Origin: Pseudomonadota bacterium
GTDB lineage: Bacteria > Pseudomonadota > Alphaproteobacteria > Sphingomonadales > Sphingomonadaceae
Length of the DNA stretch: 64,000 bases
NCBI GenBank assembly: GCA_023417515.1
Contig: JAEZFL010000058.1
Span: forward strand, 2,952-66,951
Reading direction: 5' to 3'
The notes under the pieces were generated by a model that saw only the letters and a program-made list of their open reading frames with translations, was not told the DNA's origin and searched no databases. The number at the start of each line of letters is the position of its first letter. Position 1 is the stretch's first letter. Of this stretch, positions 32,665 to 42,604 are shown piece by piece. The position numbers and the translations under genes were made by a program.

Positions 32665-32910
32665 TCAGGCGGCGTCGATCGACGCCTCGATCATCCGCTC
32701 CCACACCGCCGTGTCGCCCGCCTGGGCCGCCGCCTCGTCGGGCTCGCGCATCGTCTTCAGGATCGACACCGCGTCGTCGCGATACATGAACCACACCTCG
32801 TCGACCTTCTCGCCGGCCGAGGGGTCGTCGCCATCCGCATTGGCGCTGAGCACCCGTCCCGCGATCACTCGGGCGATGCGCTCGACCAGGCTGGTGGTGG
32901 CAACGGGCAT
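32665..32910 (-). CDS. Small hypothetical protein (81 aa), likely stress-induced
   Basis: MPVATTSLVERIARV...; RBS GGAGG; EcfG-like promoter upstream. Confidence 0.7.
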   Translation of the reverse strand: MPVATTSLVERIARVIAGRVLSANADGDDPSAGEKVDEVWFMYRDDAVSILKTMREPDEAAAQAGDTAVWERMIEASIDAA

Positions 32911-32939
32911 GATGTCCTCCAAGAAAGCTTCGGACCTGT

Positions 32940-32964
32940 AACGGTGGAAGCGAAGTCTGGTTTC
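32940..32964 (-). promoter_or_regulatory. EcfG-type ECF promoter
   Basis: GAAAC-N16-CGTT on the minus strand. Confidence 0.55.
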
Positions 32965-32994
32965 GCTTAAGCTTGCCGGCAGGGGGACACAGCC

Positions 32995-34293
32995 ATGATC
33001 CGCACCATCTTGATCGGCCTTGCCATCGTCTTGCCGGCGGCGCCCGCCGTCGCACTCGCCCAGCCGCCAGCCGCCGCGGCCGCCGCGCCGGAGCTTCGCC
33101 AGGCGGCCGAGTCCATCGTCGGAGTCCTTCGCGGCACCGCCGACCTCGGATCCACCTTCACCCCGGGCTTCCTTGCTCAGGTCCCCGAGGCGCAGATCAA
33201 CCAGATTTCCGCCAGCCTCGCCCAGCAGCATGGCGCGGTCCAGGCGCTGGACTCGGTCCAGCCGCGCTCCGCGACCGCGGCCACGATCCGGCTCCGCACC
33301 GAACGGGCCGTCCTGGTCATGGATCTGGCCATCGAGCCGCAGCCGCCGCATCGTATCACCCAGCTGCTCGTCACCGGCGTCGAGCCGGTCGGCGGCGACA
33401 GCTTCGCGGCGGTGGCCCAGGAGCTCCAGGCGCTGCCCGGCCAGGTCAGCTTCGCCGTCGCCCGCCTCGACGATGCAGGCCCGACCTTGATCGCGAGCCA
33501 CAATCCCGACCAGGCGCTGGCCATCGGCTCGACCTTCAAGCTGATCATTCTCGGCGAGGTTTCGCGCCAGGTCCGCTCCGGCCGGCTGCGCTGGGACCAG
33601 GTCGTCGAGCTGGAGCGCCACTCGCTTCCGAGCGGCCTCCTCCAGGACTGGCCGCTCGGTTCGCCCGTCACGGTCCACACGCTCGCCGGCCTGATGATCT
33701 CGCGAAGCGACAACACCGCGACCGACGCGCTTCTGCGCCTCGCCGGGCGCGACAATGTCGAGCGGATGATGACGACGATGGGCATGCGCTCGGCGGCGCG
33801 CAACCGGCCCTTCCTGACCACCATGGAGGCCTTCCAGCTCAAGGCGGAAGACGGGCCGATCCTCGCCCAATGGCGCGCGGCCGACGAGACCACCCGCCGC
33901 CGCATGCTGCGCGAGCGTTACGAGCAAGGCGGCGCGGCGATCGACGTCACCCGCCTCGGCGTCGGCACGCCGATGGCGATCGACACGGTCGAATGGTTCG
34001 CCTCGGCTGCCGACCTCGCACGGGTGATGGACTGGCTCCGCCGCAACGGCGATGAAATCACCCACGGCATCCTCGCGATCAGCCCCGGCATGCCGCGCCC
34101 CGCCGCCGCGCCCTACAGCTATGTCGGCTTCAAGGGCGGCTCCGAGCCCGGGGTGATCAACCTCACCTGGCTCGTCCGCAACAATGAAGGCGTGTGGCAT
34201 GTGGTGACCGGAAGCTGGAACAACCCCGCCGCCGCCGTCGAGGAAAGCCGCTTCATGGCCCTGATCGGCCGCGCCCTGCCGCTCACCCGCTAG
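32995..34293 (+). CDS. Serine hydrolase, beta-lactamase class A-like fold with extra N-terminal domain
   Basis: Signal peptide; STFK, SDN, FKGG; no ExxLN. Confidence 0.85.
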   Translation: MIRTILIGLAIVLPAAPAVALAQPPAAAAAAPELRQAAESIVGVLRGTADLGSTFTPGFLAQVPEAQINQISASLAQQHGAVQALDSVQPRSATAATIRLRTERAVLVMDLAIEPQPPHRITQLLVTGVEPVGGDSFAAVAQELQALPGQVSFAVARLDDAGPTLIASHNPDQALAIGSTFKLIILGEVSRQVRSGRLRWDQVVELERHSLPSGLLQDWPLGSPVTVHTLAGLMISRSDNTATDALLRLAGRDNVERMMTTMGMRSAARNRPFLTTMEAFQLKAEDGPILAQWRAADETTRRRMLRERYEQGGAAIDVTRLGVGTPMAIDTVEWFASAADLARVMDWLRRNGDEITHGILAISPGMPRPAAAPYSYVGFKGGSEPGVINLTWLVRNNEGVWHVVTGSWNNPAAAVEESRFMALIGRALPLTR

Positions 34294-34337
34294 GGGCGCT
34301 TAACCCGATCTTATCCGCGTCTTGCTACGCAGCCGCC

Positions 34338-34820
34338 ATGCAGCAGCGCGCCCCTTCCTTCGGCCGCAAGTGCGCCGGTTCCGAGGAGCCGGAACGCAGC
34401 CCGATCAGCTTCGGCAAGGCCACCGATGAAAGCGACCTGGACCGTCGCCGCGAGGAGTTCATCGCCGCGGAGCGCGCCCGCCGGCAGCAGGAAAGCCCCT
34501 ACGGCTCGCCGGTCGACCCTGGCTTCGCCCCGAGCCGTCCGATCGCGAAGAAGTCGGTCAGCACCGCCTACATCCTGTGGTTCGTGACAGGTGCCTTCGC
34601 CGGCCACCATTTCTATCTCGGCAGCGCCTCGATCGGCTTCGCCCAGATCTGCCTCAGGCTGGTCGGGATCATGATGTTCCTGTCCGGCGACGGCTTCGGA
34701 CTCTATCTCCTCGCCGCCGCCTTCCTATGGCTGCTCGTCGACGCCGCGCTGCTCCCGGACATGACCCGCAAGGCCAATGCCAAGGCCGCGGCCATCGCCT
34801 CCGGCCGGGACTTCGCCTGA
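34338..34820 (+). CDS. TM2/NINE domain membrane protein
   Basis: KSVSTAYILW..G.FAGHHFYLG. Confidence 0.75.
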   Translation: MQQRAPSFGRKCAGSEEPERSPISFGKATDESDLDRRREEFIAAERARRQQESPYGSPVDPGFAPSRPIAKKSVSTAYILWFVTGAFAGHHFYLGSASIGFAQICLRLVGIMMFLSGDGFGLYLLAAAFLWLLVDAALLPDMTRKANAKAAAIASGRDFA

Positions 34821-34824
34821 CGCT

Positions 34825-35223
34825 TCAGCTGATCACCGCCGGAGCGACCAGCGGGAAGCGCGGTATGTCGACCGCGAAGCTCGACCCGTCCGACGCCACC
34901 ATGTTGTAGCGCCCTTCCATCGACCCGGTCGGGGTCGCGAGTGGGCAGCCCGAGACATAGTCGAACGCCTGGCCGGGCTCGATCACCGGCTTCTCGCCGA
35001 CCACCCCTTCGCCGCGCACGTCGTGGCGGGCGCCGCGGCCGTCGCGGATCTCCCATTCGCGGCTGACCAGCTTGACCCGCGCCTCGCCCTCATTCTCGAT
35101 GCGGATATGATAGGCCCAGAACCAGCGGCCCCTGGCCGGATCCGACTGCTCGGGAAGGAAGCTCACCGACACCCGGACGACGATGTCGCCGGTCTTGGCG
35201 CTATGGGGGAAAAGCTCTTTCAC
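34825..35223 (-). CDS. apaG: ApaG protein
   Basis: WAYHIRIEN, GEGVVGEKP, YVSGCPL.TP.GSMEG; GTG start assumed. Confidence 0.93.
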   Translation of the reverse strand: MKELFPHSAKTGDIVVRVSVSFLPEQSDPARGRWFWAYHIRIENEGEARVKLVSREWEIRDGRGARHDVRGEGVVGEKPVIEPGQAFDYVSGCPLATPTGSMEGRYNMVASDGSSFAVDIPRFPLVAPAVIS

Positions 35224-35254
35224 GCGCCCAACCTTCACCGGCGCGCCTGCGAGG

Positions 35255-35989
35255 TCAACCGCCGATCCGGCGCAGCCGGTCAAGCAGGCGGTGGCGCGCG
35301 GCCAGCACGTCGGCCTGGCGCTCGATGAGCACGTCGCGGGTGAGAAAGTGGCCTGTGATGGCGAGGCCGTCGAGCAGGTCCTGCCAGCCGGGCGCTTCGC
35401 GCTCGCCGATCAGGAAAGCCGGGAGCGGCAACAGGCGCTCGCGATAGCCCCCTGCCCCCTCCTCGCTGACCGCGCGGCCGCTCTTCGGGCTCACGTAGCG
35501 CAGATTGTCGGCAGCGCCGGTGACCGCGCATTCGCCGAGGTCGAGTCCGAAGCCGAGCTCGCCGAGCAGCAGGAGCTCGTAGCGAACCAGGGCCGCCGCC
35601 CATCCCCGCGCGCTCGGCGCCGCCTCCAGCGCGGCCAGGGTCCCCGAGAGACCGGCATAGAGAGCCGGGTAAGGCTGGCCTTCGGGAAGCGCGGTCGCGG
35701 TCAGCGCCGTGACCCATTCGATCGCGGCGGCGGCGAGCGGCTCCGCGGCAAGGTGGGCGCGGCTGTGCGACAGCTCGGCGCCGAGATGGGCGAGCTGCTC
35801 GTCGGTTCGCGCGCGGAACTCGGCGGCGATGTCGTTGCCGGGGACGAGGACCGGGCGCATGGCGCGCGAACGGCCGCCGCGGACATAGCCGGCCTGGACC
35901 CCGTCGGTGGGCGTCAGGGCGCGCACGATCGAACCATGCTCGCCATGCGGGCGGACGGCGATGATGATGGCGTCGGTCTGGAGCCGCAT
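35255..35989 (-). CDS. recO: DNA repair protein RecO
   Basis: [38 protein letters not shown]. Confidence 0.93.
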   Translation of the reverse strand: MRLQTDAIIIAVRPHGEHGSIVRALTPTDGVQAGYVRGGRSRAMRPVLVPGNDIAAEFRARTDEQLAHLGAELSHSRAHLAAEPLAAAAIEWVTALTATALPEGQPYPALYAGLSGTLAALEAAPSARGWAAALVRYELLLLGELGFGLDLGECAVTGAADNLRYVSPKSGRAVSEEGAGGYRERLLPLPAFLIGEREAPGWQDLLDGLAITGHFLTRDVLIERQADVLAARHRLLDRLRRIGG

Positions 35990-36004
35990 GGCGCGGCCGG
36001 TTTA

Positions 36005-36916
36005 TCAGCGCCGAACGGCGCGGGCCACTCCGCCAAGGCCGAGGCGAGAGGCGGTACGCTTGGCGAGCGCCACCGAGGAGTCGAACGCGTCGAGGGTTCG
36101 GAGCGCCGCGCGGTTGCCGAGCGTGTCGCGGACGAGAAGCAGGTCGTGGCTTGGCAGCGACGCGGTGGCGAACTGGCGCTTGTGCTGGCCGTCGCCCTCC
36201 GTGAAATCGAAATAGGCGAAGGCGCGCTCTTCGAGGAGCATGCGCATCGCCTCGAGCTGGAGAACGCCGCCCGGCGAAAGATGGCCGAACTCGGCGCGAT
36301 AGCCGAGATGGGCGTAGAGCAAGGTGCGGCCTTGAGCCGGGGCGTAGAGATAGGCGATCGGCCGTTCGTCGAGGAACAGCAGCCAACCGCGCATCTCGCC
36401 GCGTTCCGCCAGCGCCCGCATCGCCGGGAGCGCGTCGGCGGGAAGGCCCGCGTCGAGCAGCTTCTCCTGATAGGTGTCGGCCGAGACGGCGCGGGCATGA
36501 GCGAAGAATTCGGCGACATCGCCAGGCCGGCCGTACTGCCGCACGTCGAGCGCGCCGCCGGACGCCTCGGCGAGCTTGCGGCGCTTGCGCCTCAGCGTCG
36601 AGCGGGCGTTGGCGGACAGGTTCGCGAACCAGTCGTCGAAGCTCTGGTCGAGGCGCGCATGATGACGCGGATAGGATTGGCGGACGAAGGCGCGCAGGCC
36701 CGGCGCAGCGAGCTCGGCGCGCATGGCGTCGGGCAGCGCCCGGATGAAATAGCCGTCGGCCGTGGCTGGCAGGCCGGGAAGGATCAGCGGGTCCCCGGCA
36801 AGCGCCTGTTCGAGCGGCACCGACAGGCGCACCAGCCGCCGGCTCACGGTCGCGAGCGTGCGCGCTCCGACCTGGAACGGAAGCGCGACCGTCGCCGCGA
36901 CCGCATCAGCCGACAT
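36005..36916 (-). CDS. GNAT acetyltransferase, CelD/BcsL-like
   Basis: RSTLRRKRRKL, SPGGVL, FDFTEGDGQHK. Confidence 0.8.
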   Translation of the reverse strand: MSADAVAATVALPFQVGARTLATVSRRLVRLSVPLEQALAGDPLILPGLPATADGYFIRALPDAMRAELAAPGLRAFVRQSYPRHHARLDQSFDDWFANLSANARSTLRRKRRKLAEASGGALDVRQYGRPGDVAEFFAHARAVSADTYQEKLLDAGLPADALPAMRALAERGEMRGWLLFLDERPIAYLYAPAQGRTLLYAHLGYRAEFGHLSPGGVLQLEAMRMLLEERAFAYFDFTEGDGQHKRQFATASLPSHDLLLVRDTLGNRAALRTLDAFDSSVALAKRTASRLGLGGVARAVRR

Positions 36917-37850
36917 GGCGCATCCGCTCATAGCGCGCATTGCCCCACGCCTGCTCGGCCATTCGGCCGAACGTGAGCAGTCGCGGACTCCTGAACGGCC
37001 GGGCGTCGCCGCCGAGCGGAAGGTCGCCCAGATCGGCGAAATGCGCGGTCGGCATCGTCCCGCGACGGTCCGCGAGATGGCGGCACAGGCGGCGCAAGCG
37101 GCTCACCGCGAGGCCGTTGCGGCCGAGACCGTCCCGGCGGGCAAGCTCGAAACTGTGCGTGACGATGCTCACCAGCGGGTGCCCATCGCGGAGCCCGTGG
37201 TCGAGCGCCGCGCGCATCTCAGCGAAGGAAATTGCGCAGAGCTGCAAGTGCCTCAGCCGCCCGGGCTGATGCTCGATCTGCCCGACAGGAACCTCGACCA
37301 CATCCTCGATCCTCGCCGGCGCGAGCTGGGCCGGGGCGAGCGGCACGGCGCTCGGCCGGGGGTGCTCGCAGCCATTGTGGCTGGCGTCGTAGGTGAGTCC
37401 GAGCGCGGCCAGCGCGCGCAGCGTGTCCCGGTTCGCGGCATAGCTGCCCGCCCGGAAGGCGATCGGCTCCGGCGCGCCCGCCGCGACGAGCAGGTCGCGC
37501 GCCCGGGCGATCAACGCCTGCTGCTCGCCCGAATCATATTCATTGAGCTCGCGAAAGGCCTCGTCGGGCCGCGCCCAGAACGGGTGGAGGTGAAGCTGCA
37601 CCTCCTGCCCCGCGGCGAGGATCGGCTCGATCATCCTCTTCACCGGCTCGAGCCCGTGAACGAGCGCCGGCATCGGATCGACGAAGAAGCAGGCCTTCAA
37701 GCCGTGCTCGGCGAGCAGGCGCAGCTGGTATGGCACCCCGACCCCCGCAGCCTCATAGGAGCGCGCAAAATTGTCCCGCCACGACAGGCCGGCCTGGTGG
37801 TGGCGCCACACCAATTCGGTGTCGACGGTGATGAGCACGCGCGTCGCCAT
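36906..37850 (-). CDS. Polysaccharide deacetylase family protein
   Basis: ITVDTE, QLHLHP, FRAGSY, YDAS, HSFE. Confidence 0.8.
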   Translation of the reverse strand: MATRVLITVDTELVWRHHQAGLSWRDNFARSYEAAGVGVPYQLRLLAEHGLKACFFVDPMPALVHGLEPVKRMIEPILAAGQEVQLHLHPFWARPDEAFRELNEYDSGEQQALIARARDLLVAAGAPEPIAFRAGSYAANRDTLRALAALGLTYDASHNGCEHPRPSAVPLAPAQLAPARIEDVVEVPVGQIEHQPGRLRHLQLCAISFAEMRAALDHGLRDGHPLVSIVTHSFELARRDGLGRNGLAVSRLRRLCRHLADRRGTMPTAHFADLGDLPLGGDARPFRSPRLLTFGRMAEQAWGNARYERMRHVG

Positions 37851-37938
37851 GAAGCCGCCTTAGCGGAGGCCGACGAAACAAAGCGTAAAGCCCCGTCCGT
37901 CACGCCATCTTTACCGCTGCGGGCGCAAAGGGCGGCCG

Positions 37939-38991
37939 ATGCTGATGCGCAGGACCCAGGGCGGAGCCGACCTCATTATCGCGCGGGCGACCCGCGCGGC
38001 GTTCGACGCCGTCACGGCGGCGGCCGACCCGAGCCACGCCTTCCTTCGCCATGCCTGGTTCGAGGCGGAGGCAGGCAAGCGGCTTCTCGCTCTGGCCATT
38101 TGCCGAGCCTCGGGCGCTCCGGTCGCCGCTTTAGCTGCTCGGTGGGCCGGGCTGGGGATGCTTCGGATATCGACCGTGCCAGGCAGCTATTGGCCATTGC
38201 GCGCCTTCCCCATTGCCGCCGACGCGACCGATTCCGAGCTTGTCGAGTTGCTTGGGCGGACGGAGGTGCGCTCCTTCCTGGGACTTGCGTGGCGGATGGG
38301 GCCGGTTCCCGCGAACGACTCCACTGCCCTGCGCCTGTGCGAGCTTGCGCCCGCGGCAGGCTGGAGCGTGCTGACCCGGCACCTCGGCACCTCGTTCGAA
38401 CTGGATTTCGCGCGGCTGCGCTCCGAAGGCCCCTGGCCCCGAACCTCCTCGCAAGCGAGCAACCGGCGGCGGGAGCGCAAGCTCGCAGGCCATGGCGAGC
38501 TCAAATTCCGCTTCCTCACGGGCCGCGACTGGACCTCGGCCGACCGCGACTCGATCGCCCGGATCGAGGCGGAATCCTGGTTGTCCGGCATCGGCGCCGC
38601 GGCCGACACCAAGTTTCACGACGCCGGGCGCCGCCGCATGTGGGAGAGCGCCGCGCAGGACCCGGCCATCGCCGACATGATCGCCTGCAGTATGCTTCTG
38701 GTCGGCGGCGAGCCGGCGGCCTTCGCCTTCGGAATCGAGGCGGGCGGGGTCCGCCACGACATTGCCAACGGCTATAGCCAGCGCTTCGCCGCATTCGGTC
38801 CGGGCAAGCTCCTCCTCTATCGCGACTTCGAGCGCGCCGCCGACCGCGGAATCACCCGCGTCGACTGGGGCTCCGGCGACGCCGGCTACAAGAGCGAGAT
38901 GGGCGCCACGCCCGGCCCCGAGATCGTCGATCTGCTGTTCGTCCGAGCCGGCTTGCCGGCAGCGGCGTTGCGCCGGTGGTGGAGCCGCTAA
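37939..38991 (+). CDS. GNAT acetyltransferase, CelD/BcsL-like
   Basis: RRRERKL, GPGKLL, DWGSGDAGYK. Confidence 0.8.
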   Translation: MLMRRTQGGADLIIARATRAAFDAVTAAADPSHAFLRHAWFEAEAGKRLLALAICRASGAPVAALAARWAGLGMLRISTVPGSYWPLRAFPIAADATDSELVELLGRTEVRSFLGLAWRMGPVPANDSTALRLCELAPAAGWSVLTRHLGTSFELDFARLRSEGPWPRTSSQASNRRRERKLAGHGELKFRFLTGRDWTSADRDSIARIEAESWLSGIGAAADTKFHDAGRRRMWESAAQDPAIADMIACSMLLVGGEPAAFAFGIEAGGVRHDIANGYSQRFAAFGPGKLLLYRDFERAADRGITRVDWGSGDAGYKSEMGATPGPEIVDLLFVRAGLPAAALRRWWSR

Positions 38992-38996
38992 ATCCG

Positions 38997-39875
38997 CTAG
39001 CGGATGCGTTCCAATGCGATCGCGGCGACCTCGGCGAGTGCGGCTTCGGCCTGCGCGGCGGGGACGGTCGGCCGGTCCAGAAAGGCCGCCAGGACCCACT
39101 CGGTGTTCCCCGGGCCGCGGAACCAGGCGATGTCGTTGAAGGCAGTCCCGCAGGTGCCCGTCTTGTCGCCGGCGGGCCATTCTGGTGGCAGGGCTCCGCG
39201 GACGCGGCGCTGGCCGGTCGTGGTCGCGCTGGTCCAGGCGCGCAATTGCTCGCGGCTCGCCGGCTGAAGCGCCTCGCCGAAGATCAGGCGGCGCATCGTC
39301 TCGCCATAAGCGGTGGGCGTCGTGGTGTCGCGCGGGTCGCCGGGACGGTTTTCGTTGAGCTCGAGCTCATAGCGGTCGAGCCGAGTCTCGGAATCGCCGA
39401 TGCCGCGAAGCCACGCCGTGAAGGCCGCCGGCCCACCGACACGGCGAAGCAACAGGTTGGCGGTGGCATTATCGCTCTGGATCTGGCTGGCCGCGGCCGC
39501 CTCCGCGATCGTGATCCGGCCGCCCGCGACGAGGCGTTCAGCGACCGGCGCATGGCCGCGAACCATGTCGGCCTGGGTGAGCGGGAGGACATCGTCCATC
39601 CGCCAGCGGCCCTCGTCCGCGCCGGCGAGCATCATTGCGGCAAGCTGGAACTTGAAGGTCGAGCACATGGCGAACCGCTCACCGGTGCGGCGGCCAAGGA
39701 CGATCCGCCCGCCCGAGTCGAGCAGCGCCACCCCGAGCCGGCCGCCGGTGCGGCGCTCGATATCGGTGAAGCGCGGCTCGGCTTGCGCGGGCTCCGTCTG
39801 GGCGGCGGGAGTCGGCGATGCGCAGGCCGCGAGGAGAGCCAGCCCGGCAGCGAACAAGCCACGCAACATCGTCAT
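38997..39875 (-). CDS. bla: Class A beta-lactamase (lipoprotein signal)
   Basis: RFAMCSTFK, SDN, RLDRYELELN, DTTTP, DKTG. Confidence 0.92.
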   Translation of the reverse strand: MTMLRGLFAAGLALLAACASPTPAAQTEPAQAEPRFTDIERRTGGRLGVALLDSGGRIVLGRRTGERFAMCSTFKFQLAAMMLAGADEGRWRMDDVLPLTQADMVRGHAPVAERLVAGGRITIAEAAAASQIQSDNATANLLLRRVGGPAAFTAWLRGIGDSETRLDRYELELNENRPGDPRDTTTPTAYGETMRRLIFGEALQPASREQLRAWTSATTTGQRRVRGALPPEWPAGDKTGTCGTAFNDIAWFRGPGNTEWVLAAFLDRPTVPAAQAEAALAEVAAIALERIR

Positions 39876-40207
39876 TTCCCCTGCATGTCGTGCGCGCCCC
39901 TGGGCATGCGCACGGTGAGCCCGTCGAGATCCTCGGTCAGCACGATCTGGCAGGCGAGCCGCGAGGTGCGGGTGACATGGGCGGCAAGGTCGAGCAGATC
40001 GTCCTCCTCTTCGCTGGCCGGCGGAAGCCGGTCGAAATCCTCCGCCGCGACGATGACATGGCAGGTCGAGCAGGCCATCTGGCCCTCACACGTGCCCTCG
40101 AGCGGCTCGCCGACCGCCTGGGCGACGTCGAGCAGGCGCTCTCCGACTGGGGCTTCGACCTCCCGCTCCTCGCGGCCGTCGGCGGAGATGAAGGTCACCC
40201 GGATCAT
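39872..40207 (-). CDS. 2Fe-2S ferredoxin (adrenodoxin type)
   Basis: CEGQMACSTCH, SRLACQ. Confidence 0.93.
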   Translation of the reverse strand: MIRVTFISADGREEREVEAPVGERLLDVAQAVGEPLEGTCEGQMACSTCHVIVAAEDFDRLPPASEEEDDLLDLAAHVTRTSRLACQIVLTEDLDGLTVRMPRGAHDMQGK

Positions 40208-41430
40208 GCGGCGAGGCTCAGCTGGCGCTCGGCGGCCGAGTCGATGAGGTTCAGAGCGAGGATCAATTCATCTTCCGTGGTATAGCGGCCGAAGCCGATG
40301 CGAATGCTCGAGCGGGCCTCGGCGTCGCCGAGACCGAGGGCGCGCAGGACATGGCTGGTGCGGCCCGAGCCGCTCGCGCAGGCCGAGCCGGCCGAGAATG
40401 CGACCTCGCGCACGTCGGCCATCAGGCGGGCGGCATCGACCCCCGGACGGCGCAGGTTGAGGTTGCCGGCATAGCGCTCGGCCGGTGAGCCGTTGAGGAT
40501 CCAGCCCTGCATTCGGGTCCGGGCAATTTCGGCGAGGCGCGCGACATGGGCGTGGTCCTCCTCCGCCCGCTCGACGAGGAGTTTCGCGGCGGCGCCGAAA
40601 CCGGCGCAGAGCGCGGGCGACAGGGTGCCCGAGCGAATGCCGCCCTCCTGCCCGCCGCCGTGGAGCAAAGGATCGAGCGTCACCCCGTCGCGCACCCACA
40701 CGGCGCCCACGCCCTTGGGCCCATGCACCTTGTGCGCAGTCACGGCGACAAGGTCGCAGGCATCGAGCGGCAACGGGACGCGGCCAAGACCCTGAACGGC
40801 ATCGCAGAGGAACAGGGCGCCCTTGGCATGCGCAAGATCGGCGAGATCCGCGAGCGGCTGGACCACGCCGATCTCGTTATTGACGAGCATCGCGGCGACG
40901 AGGCCGGTGCGATCGTCGATTCGGCTCGCGGCAAGATCGAGGTCGACAAGGCCGTCCGGACCGACCGGAAGGACGTCGACGTCGGCGCCCATCCGCCGGA
41001 GCCACTCAACCGTGTCGAGGACGGCGGCATGTTCGGTCGCGATAGTGACGATGCGTCTGCGAGATTCAGGGAGCTTCCACAAAACCCCCTTCAAAGCCCA
41101 GTTGATCGCCTCGGTTGCGCCGGAGGTGAAGTGGAGCCGTCCTGAGTCCCCTCCCGCTTTTGCGGGAGGGGTTAGGGGTGGGCTCTTGCCGCCGGAAGTG
41201 CCAGCCTCCGAACGGCCCACCCCCGGCCCCTCCCGCAAGGGCGGGAGGGGAGATGCGAGTGCTGCGCTAACCTGCTCGCGCGCCACCTCGACCGCGGCCG
41301 CCGCCTCGCGCCCGAGCCGGTGGGCGCTGTGCGGATTGGCGAACTTGTCGTCGAGCCACGGCCGCATCGCCGCCGCCGCTTCGGGCGCGAGCGGAGTCGT
41401 CGCCTGATAATCGAGATAGATCGGAGTCAT
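40204..41430 (-). CDS. Cysteine desulfurase (IscS-like) with a 35-aa repeat-derived insertion
   Basis: IYLDYQATTP, TSGATE, HKVHGPKG, SAGSACAS. Confidence 0.92.
   Translation of the reverse strand: MTPIYLDYQATTPLAPEAAAAMRPWLDDKFANPHSAHRLGREAAAAVEVAREQVSAALASPLPPLREGPGVGRSEAGTSGGKSPPLTPPAKAGGDSGRLHFTSGATEAINWALKGVLWKLPESRRRIVTIATEHAAVLDTVEWLRRMGADVDVLPVGPDGLVDLDLAASRIDDRTGLVAAMLVNNEIGVVQPLADLADLAHAKGALFLCDAVQGLGRVPLPLDACDLVAVTAHKVHGPKGVGAVWVRDGVTLDPLLHGGGQEGGIRSGTLSPALCAGFGAAAKLLVERAEEDHAHVARLAEIARTRMQGWILNGSPAERYAGNLNLRRPGVDAARLMADVREVAFSAGSACASGSGRTSHVLRALGLGDAEARSSIRIGFGRYTTEDELILALNLIDSAAERQLSLAA
41147..41251. repeat. Palindromic repeat family A2, in-frame inside a CDS
   Basis: TCCCCTCCCGC..GCGGGAGGGG..GGGGTGGG..CCCACCCC..CCCCTCCCGC..GCGGGAGGGGA; 105 bp. 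Confidence 0.85.
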
Positions 41431-42512
41431 GCGGCGCGCTTTCGGGCGTCGCGCGCGATTTCGCACCAGGCGTCGCGGAACGCCTCCAATTCTGCGGCGG
41501 TGGTCGACCAGCCGATGCTCAGGCGGATGGTCCGCTCGGCAACATCGTCGGAGATCCCGAATGCCGACAGGACCCGGCTCGGCTTCAAGCTTCCGGACGA
41601 GCAGGCGCTGCCCGCGGAGACCGAGATGCCGCGAAGGTCGAACTGGACCAGCTGCGCGCGCGCCGACAGTCTCGGCATTGCGAGGGCGACGATGTGGCGA
41701 GACATGCGGCCGGCGACGCCCACTTGTTCCGCGCCTTCATCGAGAAGAGAGCCGACCAGCACGTCCATCCCCTCCATCAACTCATCTTCCTCGTCGGGCT
41801 CCATCTTCATCTCAGCTGCGGCCGCGAAGCCCATGATCGCAGGAAGATTTTCCGTGCCGCCGCGATAGCCCTGCTCCTGGCCCCCGCTGGCTCCCAGCAT
41901 CGCCAGGTCGCGGACCAGCAATGCCCCTGCCCCCGGCGGGCCGCCGAGCTTGTGGGCGGAAACGACGAGCATGTCGGCAGCGGGTAGCGGTTGCTTGCCG
42001 GCCGACTGGGCGCAGTCGGCGATCAGCAGCCCGTTCCACCCGCGCACCACCCGCGCAATGTCGCCGAGCGGCTGGCCCTTGCCGGTTTCGGGATTGATGT
42101 CCTGGATGGCCACGACGGGGGCGATCGCATCCTCGAATCGATCCATCGCCGTGTCGAAATCGACCTGGAAGCCGGCCCCCATCGGCAATACCGACGCATT
42201 CGGCGCCGCTCGGAACACCGCGTCATGCTCAACCGCCGAAACGAACCGGGGACCTCCCTTGGCGCGCTTGAGCGCGATATCGATCGCCTCGGTGGCGCCG
42301 CTCGTGAAGATCAGGTGATGGTCCCACCCGAGCGCCCGCTTGATCCGCTCGCGCGCATCTTCCAGCGCCGCCCGCGCGGCGCGGCCCTCGGCGTGCGGCG
42401 AACTCGGGTTCGCCCAGCGCTCCATCGCCTCGATCATCGCCGCCTTCGCCGCCGGAAGGATCGGCGTCGTCGCGGCGTGATCGAGATAGATACGGGGCTG
42501 GGACACGTTCAA
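41427..42512 (-). CDS. Cysteine desulfurase family protein
   Basis: IYLDHAATTP, TSGATE, SAHKLGGP, SAGSACSSG. Confidence 0.92.
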   Translation of the reverse strand: MNVSQPRIYLDHAATTPILPAAKAAMIEAMERWANPSSPHAEGRAARAALEDARERIKRALGWDHHLIFTSGATEAIDIALKRAKGGPRFVSAVEHDAVFRAAPNASVLPMGAGFQVDFDTAMDRFEDAIAPVVAIQDINPETGKGQPLGDIARVVRGWNGLLIADCAQSAGKQPLPAADMLVVSAHKLGGPPGAGALLVRDLAMLGASGGQEQGYRGGTENLPAIMGFAAAAEMKMEPDEEDELMEGMDVLVGSLLDEGAEQVGVAGRMSRHIVALAMPRLSARAQLVQFDLRGISVSAGSACSSGSLKPSRVLSAFGISDDVAERTIRLSIGWSTTAAELEAFRDAWCEIARDARKRAA

Positions 42513-42604
42513 AGCTCAGATTTGTGGAATTCCGCGGAAATCCCATATAGGAGGCGCGCTCATTCCGGCCCAGCCGGTCTCACCTTATTCCAGACGCAGG
42601 TGCA

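Noticed and set aside
32995..34293. Second true class A beta-lactamase
   Set aside because: It lacks the ExxLN omega-loop motif and has KGG instead of KTG; more likely a PBP-like serine hydrolase.
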